DNA of 64,000 nucleotides from an uncultured Poribacteria bacterium (GTDB taxonomy: Bacteria > Poribacteria > WGA-4E > WGA-3G). How positions within the stretch are numbered: the stretch's first letter is position 1; every line of letters begins with the position of its first letter. The stretch covers positions 608,001 to 672,000 of the forward strand of contig OX638351.1 in the NCBI GenBank assembly GCA_951813565.1, read 5' to 3'. A program made the translations under genes and the position numbers. Positions 61,585-64,000 of the stretch are shown in pieces. Below the pieces are notes generated by a model. It had not been told where the DNA came from and made no database searches. It saw only the letters and a program-made list of their open reading frames with translations.

Positions 61585-62337
61585 TCAAAAATGAGGGCCT
61601 CCCTTTTCTAAAATCTGTTTTACCCGTTCCAAGTCTGCAGGTACATCAACTCCAATAAGGGGTATGTTGGTTTCAACAACATGGATGGGGACACCGTGTT
61701 CTAAAAAACGTAACTGTTCTAAACCCTCAGCAATCTCATAAGGAGTGCGCTCCCAAGATGTGAATGCAAGTAGTTGTTCCTTTCGGAATGCATATAATCC
61801 AATATGTCTAAACACTAAAGCATTTTCATCAAAATTATGCTGCTTGTTTATTGGTGTGCTGGGAATAGAACTTCTTGAAAAATATAACGCATCACCTTGA
61901 AGATTCGTAACGACTTTAACGATGTTCCTGTTAAGAAAATCCTCCATAGTGTAAATACGCTCTTTTAATGTGCAAACTTGGACAGATGGATTTTCAATGA
62001 AAGGTTGAAGCATTATATCTATCTGTTCGGGTTCAAGCAAAGGTTCATCACCTTGGACGTTAACAACAACATCACATGTCAATTTTTCTGCTACGACTGA
62101 CACTCGGTCGGTACCGGTGACACATTCGCCTGTCATCTGGACATTTCCACCAAAGTTTTTAACGGCATTGTAGATTCGTTGGTCATCTGTAGCGACGATA
62201 ACTTGACTAAGTATTTTGGACTTACAAGCACGTTCATATACATGCTGGACCATCGGCTTTCCCAAAATATCTGCTAACGCTTTTCCTTCAAAACGGCTTG
62301 AGGCATAACGGGCTGGGATAATTCCTACACTTTTCAA
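61585..62337 (-). CDS. kdsB: 3-deoxy-manno-octulosonate cytidylyltransferase
   Basis: IPARYASSRFEGK, GTDR, NVQGDEP, ALYFSR, LEQLRFL. Confidence 0.95.
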   Translation of the reverse strand: MKSVGIIPARYASSRFEGKALADILGKPMVQHVYERACKSKILSQVIVATDDQRIYNAVKNFGGNVQMTGECVTGTDRVSVVAEKLTCDVVVNVQGDEPLLEPEQIDIMLQPFIENPSVQVCTLKERIYTMEDFLNRNIVKVVTNLQGDALYFSRSSIPSTPINKQHNFDENALVFRHIGLYAFRKEQLLAFTSWERTPYEIAEGLEQLRFLEHGVPIHVVETNIPLIGVDVPADLERVKQILEKGGPHF

Positions 62338-64000
62338 ATGTTGTTTCTCTCTTTACGCGGTAAATTTTGATACATTACTGCCCCACTAATAATTGCGATT
62401 AACAGGAAAATTAATCCGATTCCGGTAAAACCTAATAGGAGTTTGCCAATGCTGAATAGAAACGAGTAGATGAAAATTACGCCAACAACCCAATTGACTA
62501 AAGCAGGAGTCTTAGAACCTGTTTGAGAGTTTTGTCTATTTGTCCCGTCTGTTACTTCTTTTGTTTCAGCTGCAATAAGTTTCCAACCGCCTTTACTCGG
62601 TCTAACTCTGTTATAGAAGTTTGTTAACGTTTCAGTCGAAACAGGTTCTGTTAAGAACGTAACAACTATCCAAACTACAGTGGAAATTGGTACAATTATC
62701 AGCATTTGGAGTGCAAATTCATCTTTCGTTTGTGGTAGGGTAAAGACAACAATAGAAACGACCAGTGCTGCGAACATCGCAGAAATTTCTGACCAAGCGT
62801 TGATTCGCCACCAATACCATCGCAAAATCTGGACGAGTCCGATTCCTGCATTTAGCGCGATGAGAAATTTCCAAGCACCAGCAATGGAATTCATGAAAAA
62901 ACTTGTCGCACCTGCGATTAGCATAATAAGAATTACAGAAAGGCGAGAGACAACAACGTAATGTTTAGGGGTCGCTTCCGGTTTAAAAAAACGTTTATAG
63001 AAATCGTTGACAAGATAGGATGCCCCCCAGTTCAGATGTGTGTCAATCGTTGACATAAACGCTGCTAAAAATGCAGTGAGCATGAGTCCCAGTAATCCGA
63101 CAGGTAGGTAATCAAGCATTAGCATCGGATAGCCAGCTTCAGCATCATGCAGTGCCGGATTGACATGCTCAGGGTCGCCAAGTCCAGGATAAACCACCAT
63201 TGCGACTAATGCAACGAGTATCCACGGCCAGGGACGGAGTGTATAGTGTGCGATATTGAACCACAGTGTTGCTAAGAGCGTGTGTCTTTCATTCTTCGCT
63301 GCGAACATCCGTTGCGCGATGTATCCGCTACCATCAACACCGTTTGCTGCCCACCACTGCATGCCGAGATAGACACCAAACGTTATAATAGCCATTTTCC
63401 CCGCACTAAAATCAGGCGTAAAATTCAGTATGTTGTGTTCAGCACCATAGATACCTGTAAGTTTTTCTTTAAGGACGCCAATGCCACCTATTTTATTAAC
63501 GGCTATAATTGCAAGTGCGATTGAACCTACCATCGCCATGCCGAACTGCACAATGTCCGTCATCACAACACCCCAAAACCCTGACAACGCACAGTAGATA
63601 CCAGCAATAAGTAAGCATGCCAAGACAACCAATATCTTTGTGTTAGCATCATCTGGCAGGTCAAAGGTCAGTCTAACAATTTTCTGCATTGCGAGGATTA
63701 CCCATCCCATCGTAATGCAGTTAATTGGTAAACCGATATAAAGTGCGCGAAAACCGCGCAGAAAACTTGCTGATGGTCCTGAGTAGCGGAGTTCAGTAAA
63801 TTCAACATCGGTGATGATATCAGAACGTCGCCATAATCGGGCAAACAAGAATGTAGCTAACATGCCGCTCAAAACGGCATTCCACCACAACCAATTGCCC
63901 GCTATTCCATCATTGACAACAATGCCAGTAACAGCAAGTGGCGTGTCAGCAGCGAAGGTTGTCGCCACCATAGAGGTGCCCGCCAACCACCACGGGAGAT
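62334..64000 (-). CDS. Sodium:solute symporter family protein (5' truncated by window)
   Basis: GTSMVATTFAADTP, YIAQRMFAAK, AAFMSTIDTHLNWGASY. Confidence 0.9.
   Translation of the reverse strand, partial: LPWWLAGTSMVATTFAADTPLAVTGIVVNDGIAGNWLWWNAVLSGMLATFLFARLWRRSDIITDVEFTELRYSGPSASFLRGFRALYIGLPINCITMGWVILAMQKIVRLTFDLPDDANTKILVVLACLLIAGIYCALSGFWGVVMTDIVQFGMAMVGSIALAIIAVNKIGGIGVLKEKLTGIYGAEHNILNFTPDFSAGKMAIITFGVYLGMQWWAANGVDGSGYIAQRMFAAKNERHTLLATLWFNIAHYTLRPWPWILVALVAMVVYPGLGDPEHVNPALHDAEAGYPMLMLDYLPVGLLGLMLTAFLAAFMSTIDTHLNWGASYLVNDFYKRFFKPEATPKHYVVVSRLSVILIMLIAGATSFFMNSIAGAWKFLIALNAGIGLVQILRWYWWRINAWSEISAMFAALVVSIVVFTLPQTKDEFALQMLIIVPISTVVWIVVTFLTEPVSTETLTNFYNRVRPSKGGWKLIAAETKEVTDGTNRQNSQTGSKTPALVNWVVGVIFIYSFLFSIGKLLLGFTGIGLIFLLIAIISGAVMYQNLPRKERNNI

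Overview
A 64 kb AT-leaning bacterial chromosome segment. Candidatus Poribacteria is inferred, not proven, from the LamG and other secreted proteins ending in V-x-P-x-x-K-L/V-T-x-T-W-G/A-x-L-K, the Uma2, PhyH, WD40 and sialidase genes, and the dense palindromic intergenic repeats. Housekeeping genes: purA, rplM-rpsI, pyrG, kdsB, thiE, tRNA-Lys and tRNA-Glu. Accessory genes include transporters, two LarA-family paralogs and toxin-antitoxin loci. There are four IS elements (IS4/IS701-like, IS630, and defective ISKra4 and IS1634 copies) plus many MITE/REP repeats. Main points of interest: (1) an ECF sigma factor with no adjacent anti-sigma and two matching promoters, followed by three tandem paralogs of an unrecognised internally repetitive protein family, three tandem 7Fe-type ferredoxins, a duplicated-domain TlpA-like redoxin and a polyferredoxin (35.9-43.3 kb); (2) a ~400 nt IS200/IS605-type element with no TnpA/TnpB ORF, a TnpB-omegaRNA-like 3' end and a structured interior (3055-3454); (3) a selenocysteine-recoded formate dehydrogenase split by the ORF caller; (4) a shared C-terminal TWGxLK putative sorting signal; (5) a short palindromic repeat sitting in-frame inside a coding sequence. 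All calls come from motif recognition by eye; no searches were run.
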